A DNA stretch of 64,000 nucleotides, from the NCBI GenBank assembly GCA_963422645.2, contig CAXXVO010000008.1, positions 352,001 through 416,000 on the forward strand, read 5' to 3'. A model generated the notes under the pieces. The model worked only from the letters and a program-made list of their open reading frames with translations, was not told where the DNA came from and did no database searches. Shown here one piece after another: positions 10,346-20,313 of this stretch. Numbering within the stretch: the stretch's first letter is position 1; each line of letters opens with the position of its first letter. The stretch comes from Alphaproteobacteria bacterium. GTDB lineage: Bacteria > Pseudomonadota > Alphaproteobacteria > UBA828. A program made the translations under genes and the position numbers.

Positions 10346-10443
10346 CATTTGTTGCAGCGGAGGTGCCGCCTTCGGATGAGCCGGTCGTGACCGCCGCGGC
10401 CGCCGATGGTTGCAACCGCCGCCGGCGCCGATAGGATGAGCGC

Positions 10444-10704
10444 ATGTCAGTGGCGTTCGACACATTGAGGGCCGCGCGCAAGCTGCGCGACGAAGGCGGC
10501 TTCGACGAAAGGCAGGCCGCGATCCTGGTCGACACCTTCGCCGAGGGCATGACCGAGACCCTCGCCACCAAAGCCGACCTGAAGAGCACCGAAGAGTCGT
10601 TGCGGGGCGAGATGCGCGAACTCGAGCAGCGCATGACCATTCGCCTAGGCGCGATGATGGTGGGCGCCGTGGCGCTCATCGTCGCGCTCATCAAGCTGGT
10701 ATAG
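10444..10704 (+). CDS. DUF1640/CCDC90-like small coiled-coil membrane protein
   Basis: FDTL.AA..L...GF...QA..LV, LATKADL and a C-terminal TM helix. Possible leaderless promoter TTGCAA(10410)-16-TAGGAT(10432). Confidence 0.8.
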   Translation: MSVAFDTLRAARKLRDEGGFDERQAAILVDTFAEGMTETLATKADLKSTEESLRGEMRELEQRMTIRLGAMMVGAVALIVALIKLV

Positions 10705-10967
10705 CCGCTCCGCACTCGTCTGGCGGCGAGCCGCAAACCCCATCTGCCGCCTGCGTGGCCCCTGACGCCGCTCATGCTGCCGTCCCGGGGAAGGGCCGTA
10801 CCGGCCTACCGGGTGAAGGTGGCGACGCATGCGCGCATCCATGGCCGCGACGCTCGCCCGCAGGCCGCGCTCCGGTGCACCCAGGTACCTCCGTGCACCG
10901 CGGCAACACCCTGCCTGCGGTGATCGCGTCGATGACTACGAAGCCCTCGCCCCGGCCGCTGGCGCCG

Positions 10968-11078
10968 GTCATCCCCTGCCTCGCTTCGGCCTGCCGATGA
11001 CGGTCTCCACCTGCGCGCGGGAGAGCCGCAACTGTCGCGCGATGGCCGCCGGCTTCACGCCGGCCTCGTAAGCGGCTC
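10968..11078 (-). pseudogene. C-terminal helix-turn-helix fragment of a hypothetical protein
   Basis: The minus strand reads AAYEAGVKPAAIARQLRLSRAQVETVIG..*; no start is visible. Confidence 0.35.
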
Positions 11079-11410
11079 GGCGGGCCTGACCTCGCCCGCG
11101 CGGCCGGAATCAAATCGCCCCGCTGTGGGGCGATTTTCGATCCCGTCGGCGCGGCGGAACAGGCCGGTGACGGTCTACGCCGGGTGCGCCCGGTAGCCGC
11201 CTGACCGACTTCGGCAGGACCGGTCGCGATCGCCGACACGGCCACGGCCGCCAGCATGGTTCCAGGCTTCGGCGGCGGTGACAGAATGAACGCCATGACG
11301 GTGGCCTTCCACGCTCTCAGCTCGGCATGGCTGCTGCGGGGGATTTCAGCCGGCCCATTTGAAGCCTCCAGCGTGTCTCGAGTCCGGAAGGTCATTGCTG
11401 TCAGCTACGC

Positions 11411-11438
11411 TTGACGTACATCGTCAATGGGCTATCTT
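11411..11438 (+). promoter_or_regulatory. higBA promoter with palindromic operator
   Basis: TTGACG-TACAT-CGTCAA perfect inverted repeat on the -35; -10 TATCTT at 11433-11438; ATG 8 nt downstream with no RBS. Confidence 0.7.
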
Positions 11439-11446
11439 GTCCGCCG

Positions 11447-11734
11447 ATGATCCTCGGCTACAGGGACAGGAAGACGGAGAGATTCGCCGCCGGCCGAGCG
11501 GTCCGGGATTTTCGCGGCTTCGAGCGGCAGGCGTCGAGGCGTCTCGCGATCCTCAACGCGGCGCCGTCGCTCGGCACACTGCGAAACTTGCCCAGCAATC
11601 GGTTGGAGGCCCTTGGGGGAGACCGGAAGGGACAGTATTCCATTCGCGTCAACAGACAGTGGCGCATCTGTTTCGAGTGGCCGGAGGGTCAGCCGGGACC
11701 GAGCAATATCGAGATTGTGGACTATCACTCGTGA
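11447..11734 (+). CDS. higB: HigB toxin (RelE/ParE family)
   Basis: PSNRLEALGGDRKGQYSIRVNRQWRICFEW..IVDYH; toxin-first gene order. Confidence 0.93.
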   Translation: MILGYRDRKTERFAAGRAVRDFRGFERQASRRLAILNAAPSLGTLRNLPSNRLEALGGDRKGQYSIRVNRQWRICFEWPEGQPGPSNIEIVDYHS

Positions 11735-11747
11735 GAGGGGGGTTGCC

Positions 11748-12065
11748 GTGCTGAGACGCGCCATTCATCCCGGCCTGATACTGAAGGAAGAGCTGGCGGA
11801 GGCCGGCATCACGCCGACGGAGTTCGCGCGCCAGATCGACGTGCCCGCCAACCGGGTCAGCCAGATCGTCAACGGCAGGCGCTCGATCACCGGCGACACA
11901 GCGCTCCGCTTCGGCCACTGGTTCGGTGTCGAGCCCGAATTCTGGCTCAACCTCCAGGCACACTACGATCTCGTCCACGCCGACAACGCGAGGGGCGACA
12001 CAATCCGCCTTCTGCCGACGCGGGCCGATCTCGCCCCTCGACCCGGGCTGCGGGACGCGGTGTAG
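11748..12065 (+). CDS. higA: HigA antitoxin (HTH XRE)
   Basis: IHPGLILKEEL...VPANRVSQIVNGRRSITGDTALRF...FWLNLQ.HYDL. Confidence 0.93.
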   Translation: MLRRAIHPGLILKEELAEAGITPTEFARQIDVPANRVSQIVNGRRSITGDTALRFGHWFGVEPEFWLNLQAHYDLVHADNARGDTIRLLPTRADLAPRPGLRDAV

Positions 12066-12109
12066 GCGACTGGCGCCGGACCCCATGGCGCGTATCCCCT
12101 CGCCCGGCG

Positions 12110-15100
12110 TCAGCTTGATGGTGCGGCGGGCGTGGCGCCGAAGAGCGCATCGATGTCATCGCCGGTGAGTGTCAGAGGACCCTGGCCGGTTCCTTCGAAG
12201 AGCGCGTCCGCCAGAGCCTGCTTGCGTTGTTGCATCTTCTGGATTGCGGTCTCCACGGTGTGCTCGGCGATCAGGCGGTGAACGAAGACCGGCTTGTCCT
12301 GGCCGATGCGGTGCGCCTGTCCATGGCTTGCCGTTCCACCGCCGGGTTCCACCACGGATCGCAGAGGATCACGGTGTCGGCTGCGGTCAGGTTGAGGCCC
12401 GTGCCTCCGGCCTTGAGGCTGATCAGGAAGAGCGGCAAGGCTCCCGACTGGAAGTTCGCTATCTGGGTGTCCCGGTCCTTCGTTTCGCCGTGCAGCATCG
12501 CGTACTCCCAGCCGCGGGCCGCGACGTCGGCCTCCACCAGGCGCAGCATCTCGACGAACTGCGAGAAGATCAGCACCTTCCGCTCCTCAGCGACGAGCTC
12601 CTCCAGGAGCGCGAGAAGCCGCGCCCGCTTGGCACTCTCCGTCACCTTGCGCGCCGCCTCCAGCTTGACCAGGCGCGGGTCGCAGCAGACCTGCCGCAGC
12701 TTCAGCAGGGCGTCCAGGATCGCGATGCGCGAAGCATCCAGGCCTCTCCTGGCGATTGCCTCGCGGATCCGCGCATCCATTGCCGCCCTGATGCTCTCGT
12801 AGAGCGCGGCCTGTTCCTCTTCGAGCGGGACGAGCTCGTCGATCACCGTCTTCGCCGGCAGCTCGGCGGCAACCTCCTCCTTGGTGCGCCGCATGAGAAA
12901 GGGTTTGATCCGCCTCGACAGCAGGCGCTGCCTTGCGCCATCGCCCTCCTTCTCGATCGGCGTGCGATAGCCGCTCGCGAAGGCCTTGCGGTTTCCCAGC
13001 AGTCCGGGGATCAGCCAGTCGTACAGCGACCACAACTCCTGCAGATTGTTCTCGATCGGCGTCCCGGTCAGCGCCAGGCGCTGGCGGGTCCGGATTCCCC
13101 GGATGCGCTTGGTGACCCCGGCCGCAGGGTTCTTGACCGTCTGCGCCTCGTCCAGCACGGCGGTGTCGTACTCATAGCGGAACAGCGCCTCGTGATCGCG
13201 ATTGACCAGCGGATAGGTGGTGACCACGAGATGATGGTCAGGGATTGCGCCGAAGTGCCGCAGCCGGCCCGGCCCGTGAAGGACCAGGAGCTTCAGGTCC
13301 GGCGTGAAGCGCGCGGCCTCCCGCCGCCAGTTGCCCACCAGGCTCGTCGGCACCACGAGAAGGCTGGGGCGGTCGGTCTTTACCTCCAGATGCCTGTGCG
13401 CCAGCAGGGCCAGCGTCTGCACGGTCTTGCCGAGCCCCATGTCGTCGGCGAGCACGCCGCCGAAGCCGCACTCCGAGAGCGACTTGAGCCAGCCGTAGCC
13501 TGCGCGCTGATAGGGACGCAACTCGCCGTGCAGCGCGGCGGGCGACGGCACTTCCGGGTTCTCCGCAAGGGAGCAGAGGCGGGCGCCAAGATCGAGCAGC
13601 GCGCGGCTGCCCGTCCACGGCGCGCCGCAGCCCTCCAGCGCCTCGGCCAGCTCGTATAGCCGGCCGGCCTCGGCGCCATGGAAGCCGATCAGCCCCTGCG
13701 TCTCCAGAAACGCCTCGGCAAAGCGCGCAAACCGCGCGCCTTCGAGCGCGAGATACGATCCGTCTTCGAACCGGGCATGGAATATCCGGCCCGCGAGATG
13801 CCTCTCGACGTCGAAGCCTTCCTCCAGCCGCCCCAACCCGTCGACCGGCAGCGTTTCCACAAGCTCGAGGACGATCGGTGCGATGGCGAAGGTGCGGCCG
13901 TTTGCCTCCATCGACAGGCGAAGCGAGAACCACTCGGAGTCCGACGGTTCCAGGGAGGTCGTGAACGCGACCGGCCCCTCGTAGATGCGAAATGGCCATG
14001 TCCCGTCGATCTCGACGCGCCAGCCCTCGGCGCGGAGCGCGGGAACCGCCTGCGCAGCGAAGCCGAGGCCGGCTGCGGCCTCGTCATCGTTTCCGGCCCG
14101 GATCGGGGGGAAGACGATATCGGCATCGCGCACTTCGGAAGGCGGCGAGACGTCGTAGCGCGGCGCGTCCGGATTCCTGCCGTCGTGGCGCATGGCCTCG
14201 TCCACGAAGCGCTGCCGGTACTTTGCCTCCAGCTCGGCATCGCGCCGGATGACCACCAGGCGCTCGCCGTCCCCGGCCTGAAGGTCGCCGGTCTCGCGCG
14301 GACGCAATCTCCGCTCGGCGCCCTCGTAGGCCATCTCCACGCGGGCGCAGGGATAAAGGGCGGAAAGGTCGGTGCCCGGTCCGCTGCGGTCTTCGCCGGG
14401 ACCGTAATGCCTGACGTTCCGCTCGCGGCCATAGAGGATCAGGACAGGTTGGAGCGCCACATCAGTGCGCTCCTCGATCCGGTGCAGCGGGGGCACCGGC
14501 GCGCCTTTGCCCAGGCGCGACAACTTCGAGGCGACCTCGGCGGTCGCGGCGCGCGGCACCGCCGGGGCGGCAGCGAGCCAGGACGCCAACTCCGGCGCCA
14601 GCGCCATTTCCGCGACGCCGCTCTCGCCGGTCTCGGGATCGAGAAAGAAGGGGGTCGGAAACGGCAGCAGCGTCAGAGTGGACCCCGCGGCGTCGCGAAC
14701 CGCGAAGCGCTGCTCGCCGCTCGCGCCGACCTCCCACACCGGCTCGCACCGTCGCGGCGGCGACCAGGAAAGCGCGATGCCGTGGATGTCGTGGGCCCTG
14801 GCGCGGCCCGTCCCGACGATCTCAGCGACGAGTTCGATCAGGACCTCGCCCTCCGGCCAGTCGTAGCTCGGCTGAAAGCCCTCATCGGCGAAGAAGTCGA
14901 GCTTCCCGATCAGCCCGGCGTCCTGCAGGGTCAGGTTCCGCCGCGTCCAGGTCGAGTTCCTGTCGAACTCCCGAAAGTTGCTGCCGATCATGCCGTCCTG
15001 CTTCAGGTACGCCCTGTAGGGCGAGATGCACATGCGGCCCACCGAGTTCCGATGAATGACGTAGAAGAGGTGGTCCCGCCCCGGCGCCGCGGGGCCCGCG

Positions 15101-15495
15101 GCCCGCACCTCTGCGACGGTGCCGCCCTTTGCGGGCCAGCAATCGAGCCAGCGGCGGACTTCGTGCGAAACCGCCTCGCGCGACCTCCCTCCCCGCTCGC
15201 CCGTCCCATCCCACGTCATACCCTCCGCAGCAAGCAGCACCGCCACCACATGCTTGCAATTGAAGCCCACCGGACAAGAGCAATGCCCCTCGAACCAGAA
15301 GCGGTTTCCATCCGACACCAGTTCGGCCGACACCGAGTAGACTTGCGCGCCGCTGCCCGACACCACGCCAAGCATTTCGGAGGGCGTCTCGAACTCGACG
15401 CTCCGCACCATGCCGCGTTCGAAGTAATCCCGCCCCCTCGAGAAATGGGGCTCGCCGATTGCGCGCAGGATATGGCGCGCTGTGATCCTTTCCAA
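12110..15495 (-). pseudogene. SWIM zinc-finger SNF2-family helicase, frameshifted in motif VI
   Basis: SWIM CSCPVGFNCKH; LADDMGLGKT, DEAQ, LTGTPIEN, SLKAGGTGLNL, DPWWNP. One base is missing at ~12317 and AHRIGQDKPVFVHRL continues in another frame to 12110. Confidence 0.88.
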
Positions 15496-15579
15496 TCCGA
15501 CCTGTCCTTCCCGCTACAAGGCTCGATGCCCAGCTCGCACCGGGCCCGTGGTCGACAATCCGCTCGATCTCCCCGGCGG

Positions 15580-16025
15580 AGAGGCCAGGACCTCCTCGAA
15601 TGCCGGGGCCTCCCCGAAGATCATGGCCCTGGTGTTGGCGTAGTCGCGGGCGAGGGCGTCAATCATCGCGCTCTTGGGCGCGCCGGCAAGGGTTCCGGGG
15701 ACGGCCGGGGCGAGATCGTAGCCGGGTCGACCGAAGAACATACCGTGCCAATCCGGTTGGCGCGGACAGCCACTACATGTAGGAGAATTCCGCTCATGTC
15801 CATGCTGCCCCACATCCGTCCCTGTGGGTGTGTGTGACTAGCGGATAGGCACGGAACATACGGGCGTGCCGGACGCAGTCGATGCCGAGACCGCGATCCG
15901 CAAGCGCCGCCTTGCCCGCCTCCCGGCGGAGCAGGCAATCCAGGTCGTAGTAGTGGCGCGACACGCGCCGTTCCTCCTGCCGCAAGACCCCGCGCCGTTC
16001 GTGCCAGCGGCGCAGGCCATGAGCG
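15580..16025 (-). pseudogene. AbiEii/AbiGii nucleotidyltransferase toxin C-terminal remnant, split by a MITE
   Basis: SRHYYDL..L, CVRHARMF|FGRPGYDLA..PGTL, LARDYANTRAMIFGEAPAFEEVL. Removing the MITE restores the frame. Confidence 0.75.
15744..15853. mobile_element. 110-bp MITE-like element with 8-bp target duplication
   Basis: TIRs CGTGCCAATCCG / CGGATAGGCACG (11/12 match); GAACATAC on both sides (15736-15743, 15854-15861). Confidence 0.85.
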
Positions 16026-16313
16026 ATCGGCGCAAATGCGAACGCGGGCTCCCGCACCGCGCCCTCCCTGTGCCGCAGCAGCGGAGCGACAAAGGCAGCC
16101 GGGAGCACCGGCCCGGCAGCCGATGCCGCCCCGAGCGCCATCGGCAGCTGCGAGGCCGGCAGGCCCTTCGACAGCACGATCCGCTTCAACGCCGCCCGCG
16201 CGGGCCCGCAGTCCAGACGCGCCAGTGTGTTCAGGACGGCGCGCTGCTCCACAAGGGGCTTCACCGACACCAAACCCGGCGAACCGGCGCCACAGCCGCT
16301 CCAGCGCCGGCAC
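16026..16313 (-). pseudogene. Fragment of a helical (HEAT-like) hypothetical protein joined to the AbiEii remnant
   Basis: EQRAVLNTLARLD..ARAALKRIV...LLRHREGAVREPAFA; frameshifted and without a clear start. Confidence 0.35.
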
Positions 16314-16548
16314 GGCCCCTTCCAGGAAGCGCGGTACAACCGCCGCGCAGAGCCGCTCCGCGTTCGCCGGCGTGGCGTGTGTTGATGACGCCTGCCGCGC
16401 GGCAAGGTCAACACGGCGAGGTCAACACGCGGGGCGGGGCAAGCCGGGGCTCCTGTTCCGGAGCACGGTGTCGGCGACTGCGCAAGGTCGCGAAGCTGAA
16501 GCCCTCGAACGCCTGCAGCAGCGCCGCGTACACCCCTTTGGGCTGCGA

Positions 16549-17045
16549 TCAGACGAGCTCTATGTCCGTCGCCTGGGGGCCGCGCGTTCCCTGCTCCACC
16601 ATGACGCTCACGCGCTGGCCTGCCTCCAGGCCGCCGATGCCCGCGCGGTTGAGCATACTGCCGTGCAGGAACACGTCCGGGCCGCCGTCGTCCGGGACCA
16701 CAAAGCCGTAGCTCATGGCGGCGTTGTAGAACTTCACGCCGCCGCGGCACTCCTCGGTAAGCGCGTCCGGCCCCTCGCGGTCGCGCTGGCGTCCCCGACG
16801 CTCACGCCAGCGGTCCTCACGGATTTCACCATCGGCCGAGGCTGTCGAGACATCGACGGTCAGGATCGACGCCACCACCGGACCGCGCCGGCCTTCCGTC
16901 ACCTCGCAGGTGGCCGTCGCGCCCGAAGGCAGCGTGCTGTAGTAGTCCGCGCCTTCGACCGCCGAGACATGGCAGAACACGTCGGGAGAGCCGTCGTCGG
17001 GAACCAGGAACCCGAAGCCTCTCGACGGAACAAACCACTTTACCT
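16549..17045 (-). pseudogene. Tandem two-domain cold-shock protein, start removed by IS-A2
   Basis: CSD1 VKWFVPSRGFGFLVPDDGSPDVFCHVS and CSD2 VKFYNAAMSYGFVVPDDGGPDVFLHGS; the IS terminus abuts the first VKWF. Confidence 0.85.
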
Positions 17046-18359
17046 GTAACTGCCCAGGTCGTCTGATTTGTCATTTTGGGCCAGTGGATTGAGGCGTTTC
17101 TCGTTCGGAGTTGGTGGAAAGGGCTTGACGGGAATTTCGGGAAATGACTCAACAACGACATGAGCAATCCCGAGTCGCCGCGCGGCCCTTCGACGGGAGC
17201 AGCGCCCGAAACGCCCGCGCAGAAGATCGCCCGCCTGGAGGAGGAGAACGCCCGGCTTCGGGAGGAAAATGCCTGGCTTCGGCAGCAGAACGCGCGGCTG
17301 GAAGAGCAAGTCGCGCGTCTCGTCGAGCGCATCGAGGAGTTGGAGCGCCGTCTCGGCCTCAACAGCGGCAACAGCGGCAAGCCGCCTTCGAGCGATGGGC
17401 TGAGGAAGCCGAATTCGAAGCGGCGAACCCGAAGCCTGCGCGGCAAATCGGGCCGCAAGCCCGGTGGCCAGCCCGGCCACAAGGGCAAGACGCTGCGCCG
17501 CGCCGATCACCCGGATCGGGTGAAGGATCACGTCCCGGCTTCCTGCAAGGGATGCGGTTCGCCGCTTTCGGACGCGGCCAGGGCGGGAACGCCCGTCGCC
17601 CGCCAGGTGTTCGATCTGCCCGAGCCGAGCCCCCTGGAGGTGACCGAGCACCGGGCGCATGCCAAGTGCTGCGGGCATTGCGGGACGGTGACCCGGGCGG
17701 CGTTCCCCGACGGGGTGTCGGCGCCGGTGCAGTACGGCCCGCGCATTGCCGGGGTGGCGGTCTACCTTCAGCACGCTCACTTCCTGCCGGAGGATCGGCT
17801 GTCGCAGGTGATGGCCGAGCTCTTCGGCGCGCCGGTGACGGCTGCGACGTTGGCGACGATGAGCGAGAGGGCGGCCGAGCGGCTGCGGGACGCGGCCTTG
17901 CACATACAGGACCTGGCGGCGGGCACGGCGCGGGTGAAACACATGGACGAGACCGGCTTGCGGATCGGCGGTCAGACGCAGTGGCTTCATGTGATCTGCA
18001 CGCCGCTGCTGGCGGCGTACCGGGTCAGCGGCAAGCGCGGCGCCCTGCTCTCGGGTGTCTCCGGCATCGTCGTGCACGATCACTGGAAGCCGTACTTCGC
18101 GATGGAAGGGGTGGAGCACGGCCTGTGCAACGCCCATCACCTGCGGGAGTTGCAGGCGCTGGTGGACATCGAAGGGGAGGCTTGGGCCCGGCGGATGCAG
18201 CAGCTCCTGCGCCGAGCCAATCGCGCCGCCCGCATCGCGCTGGACAAGGATATCGCCGTTCCGGCGAGGCTTGTGGCGCTGATCGAGCGCCGATACGACG
18301 AGATCATCGCCGATGCGCTGGCCTTTCACGAGAGCCAACCACCGTTCTCGCCTGGCAAG
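17046..18359 (+). mobile_element. IS-A copy 2, left 1314 bp only
   Basis: Matches IS-A from the IRL to ...TTCTCGCCTGGCAAG, then unrelated integrase sequence follows. Confidence 0.92.
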
Positions 18360-19424
18360 GTCTACGTCCTCCAGGCGCGCATCGAGGGCCGCACCAGGCG
18401 CATGGTCATCGCCCGCCACGGCGAGATGGACCTCGACGAGGCGCGCCGGCGCGCCCGCGCGCTCATCGCCCGCATCCAGGCGGGCGAGAACCCGGTCGAG
18501 GAGGCGCGCAGGGCCAGGACGGCCCCGGACACCCTCAAGACCTTCGCAGACGAGTACCTGCGGCGCTCTGAGCCGCACTGGAAGCCGTCGGGGCGCAAGA
18601 CCGTGCGCGTCTACCTCAAGGCGCGCATCCTGCCCGCCTTCGGCGCGATGGCGCTCGACGCGATCGCGCCCGCGGACGTCGCCGCGTGGTTCGACGAGGC
18701 CAGCCGCGACTACCCCGGCGCCGCCAACCGCGCCTTCGAGATCCTGCGCGCGATGATGTTCCGCGCCGAGGACTGGGGATGGCGCGCGCGCGACACCAAC
18801 CCCTGCCTCGGCATCCGCAAGAACCCCCGCCGCAAAGTCGCCCGCTTCCTCGACACCGGCGAGCTCGAACGCCTCGGCCGCGCCCTCGATACCCATGAGC
18901 GGCGATGGCCCAACGCCGTCGCCGCCATTCGCCTGCTCGCGCTTACCGGGTGCCGGCGCTCCGAGGTCCTCGACCTGCGCTGGGGTGGTATCGGAGATGA
19001 CGCCATCCGCTTGGCCGATAGCAAGACGGGACCGCGCGACGTGCCGCTCGGCAACGCCGCGCGCAAGCTCATCGACGCGCTCCCCGGCGAGCGCTGTGCC
19101 GATGTCCTGCTGTTCCCGCTCTACGCTCATGGACAGCACCAGGATCTTCTCCGCCTGATCTGGTGCACGGTCTGCGACGATGCCGGGCTCGGCGCACTGC
19201 GGCTCCACGACCTGCGACATACCGTGGCGAGCCACGCCGTGATGTCCGGCGAGAACCTGCCCCTGGTCGGCAAGCTGCTCGGCCATCGCCGGCACCAGAC
19301 CACCGCCGGCTATGCGCACCTCGCCGACGACCATCTGGTCGAGGCCGCCGAGCGTGTCGGCGCCGTCATCGCCGCCGCGATGGCAGACGGTCATGACGCC
19401 CATCGGATCACGGCACGACCATGA
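17160..19424 (+). CDS. In-frame fusion: IS66 transposase N-terminal 400 aa + tyrosine recombinase/integrase
   Basis: Single 754-aa ORF. The C-terminal part has LLALTGCRRSE, DSKTG, HDLRH, LLGH and TTAGYAH (R-K-H-R-H-Y intact). Confidence 0.85.
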   Translation: MSNPESPRGPSTGAAPETPAQKIARLEEENARLREENAWLRQQNARLEEQVARLVERIEELERRLGLNSGNSGKPPSSDGLRKPNSKRRTRSLRGKSGRKPGGQPGHKGKTLRRADHPDRVKDHVPASCKGCGSPLSDAARAGTPVARQVFDLPEPSPLEVTEHRAHAKCCGHCGTVTRAAFPDGVSAPVQYGPRIAGVAVYLQHAHFLPEDRLSQVMAELFGAPVTAATLATMSERAAERLRDAALHIQDLAAGTARVKHMDETGLRIGGQTQWLHVICTPLLAAYRVSGKRGALLSGVSGIVVHDHWKPYFAMEGVEHGLCNAHHLRELQALVDIEGEAWARRMQQLLRRANRAARIALDKDIAVPARLVALIERRYDEIIADALAFHESQPPFSPGKVYVLQARIEGRTRRMVIARHGEMDLDEARRRARALIARIQAGENPVEEARRARTAPDTLKTFADEYLRRSEPHWKPSGRKTVRVYLKARILPAFGAMALDAIAPADVAAWFDEASRDYPGAANRAFEILRAMMFRAEDWGWRARDTNPCLGIRKNPRRKVARFLDTGELERLGRALDTHERRWPNAVAAIRLLALTGCRRSEVLDLRWGGIGDDAIRLADSKTGPRDVPLGNAARKLIDALPGERCADVLLFPLYAHGQHQDLLRLIWCTVCDDAGLGALRLHDLRHTVASHAVMSGENLPLVGKLLGHRRHQTTAGYAHLADDHLVEAAERVGAVIAAAMADGHDAHRITARP

Positions 19425-19864
19425 AGACCTCGCACGACCGACCGTTGTCCATCCGCTCGACGAAACATTGTGTTGTTCTGACTGCTTCCTATAATTGCGA
19501 CTCGAAGCCGCGCGACGGGTCCGGAACCGTCTCAGCAGAAGCGCGGCGAGCGTTGCCGCAAAGGCATCGATCAGGCCAACCGTTTGTGCTTCAACGGGTT
19601 GGGGGCCTGAGCGCTACAGGTGTGACCGATGGCCAGCTTTACGCCATTCGGCGGATTGATCTCACACCCCACGCATCGATGATGCAGGGGCCGTCTTGGC
19701 GGTCAGGAGTGCGCTGGACTACGCTTTGGCCCTCAGCAGCACGCGGATGTATGACGGGAAGGTGTCCCTGTCTCGGGTGACGGCGCAACCGTCTGATATC
19801 GTGCGCCAATTAGGCCATGTGCCCATTGCGTCGCATCGCTCTTTCGCTATCGTGCCGGACGCTA

Positions 19865-20285
19865 CTGAACCTGCTCTGGCATCTCGGCTGCCGGTGAAGG
19901 TGTAGCCCGAAACGGTTATCGTCTCATCGGCGTTGGTCGTGACGGTACAAGTCGCCCCAGCAGCACAGGTTGGGCTCCCGGAAAAGCCAAAGCCCCAATC
20001 CTCGGTATCCGCTCCCGCCTCGAAGAGGGTAACACCCGTGTAGTTGTCGACGTCGTCTCCGGTGCCCTCTGTACCTGGGACAGTAACGGTTCCGCCAGAA
20101 GCTCGGGCATTCACCAAGGACTTGGCCGTCACCGCTGGGACTGCTGCCGTAGCGTGGGTGCCCTGCTGCTTGTTGGTGAAGGCGATCACGCGGGCGCGGT
20201 CCGTGTTGGTGGTCGCGTCCCCGTCATCTTCCCAGATGTCGAAGCCCTGGAAGGCACCGAGATCGTCATCAACAGGCAAACCAAG
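19865..20285 (-). pseudogene. Internal fragment of a third acidic surface lipoprotein
   Basis: T/D/G/A-rich frame with CAAGATCTVTT..SGYTFTG, resembling CNATAACTVTV..WIFIP of the 38008 lipoprotein; no start or signal peptide. Confidence 0.55.
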
Positions 20286-20313
20286 GGGGGCAATGTTCCA
20301 CGCCGAACAACGA

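Noticed and set aside
10772-11395. 207-aa minus-strand ORF
   Set aside because: No recognisable family; appears to be patchwork remnants.
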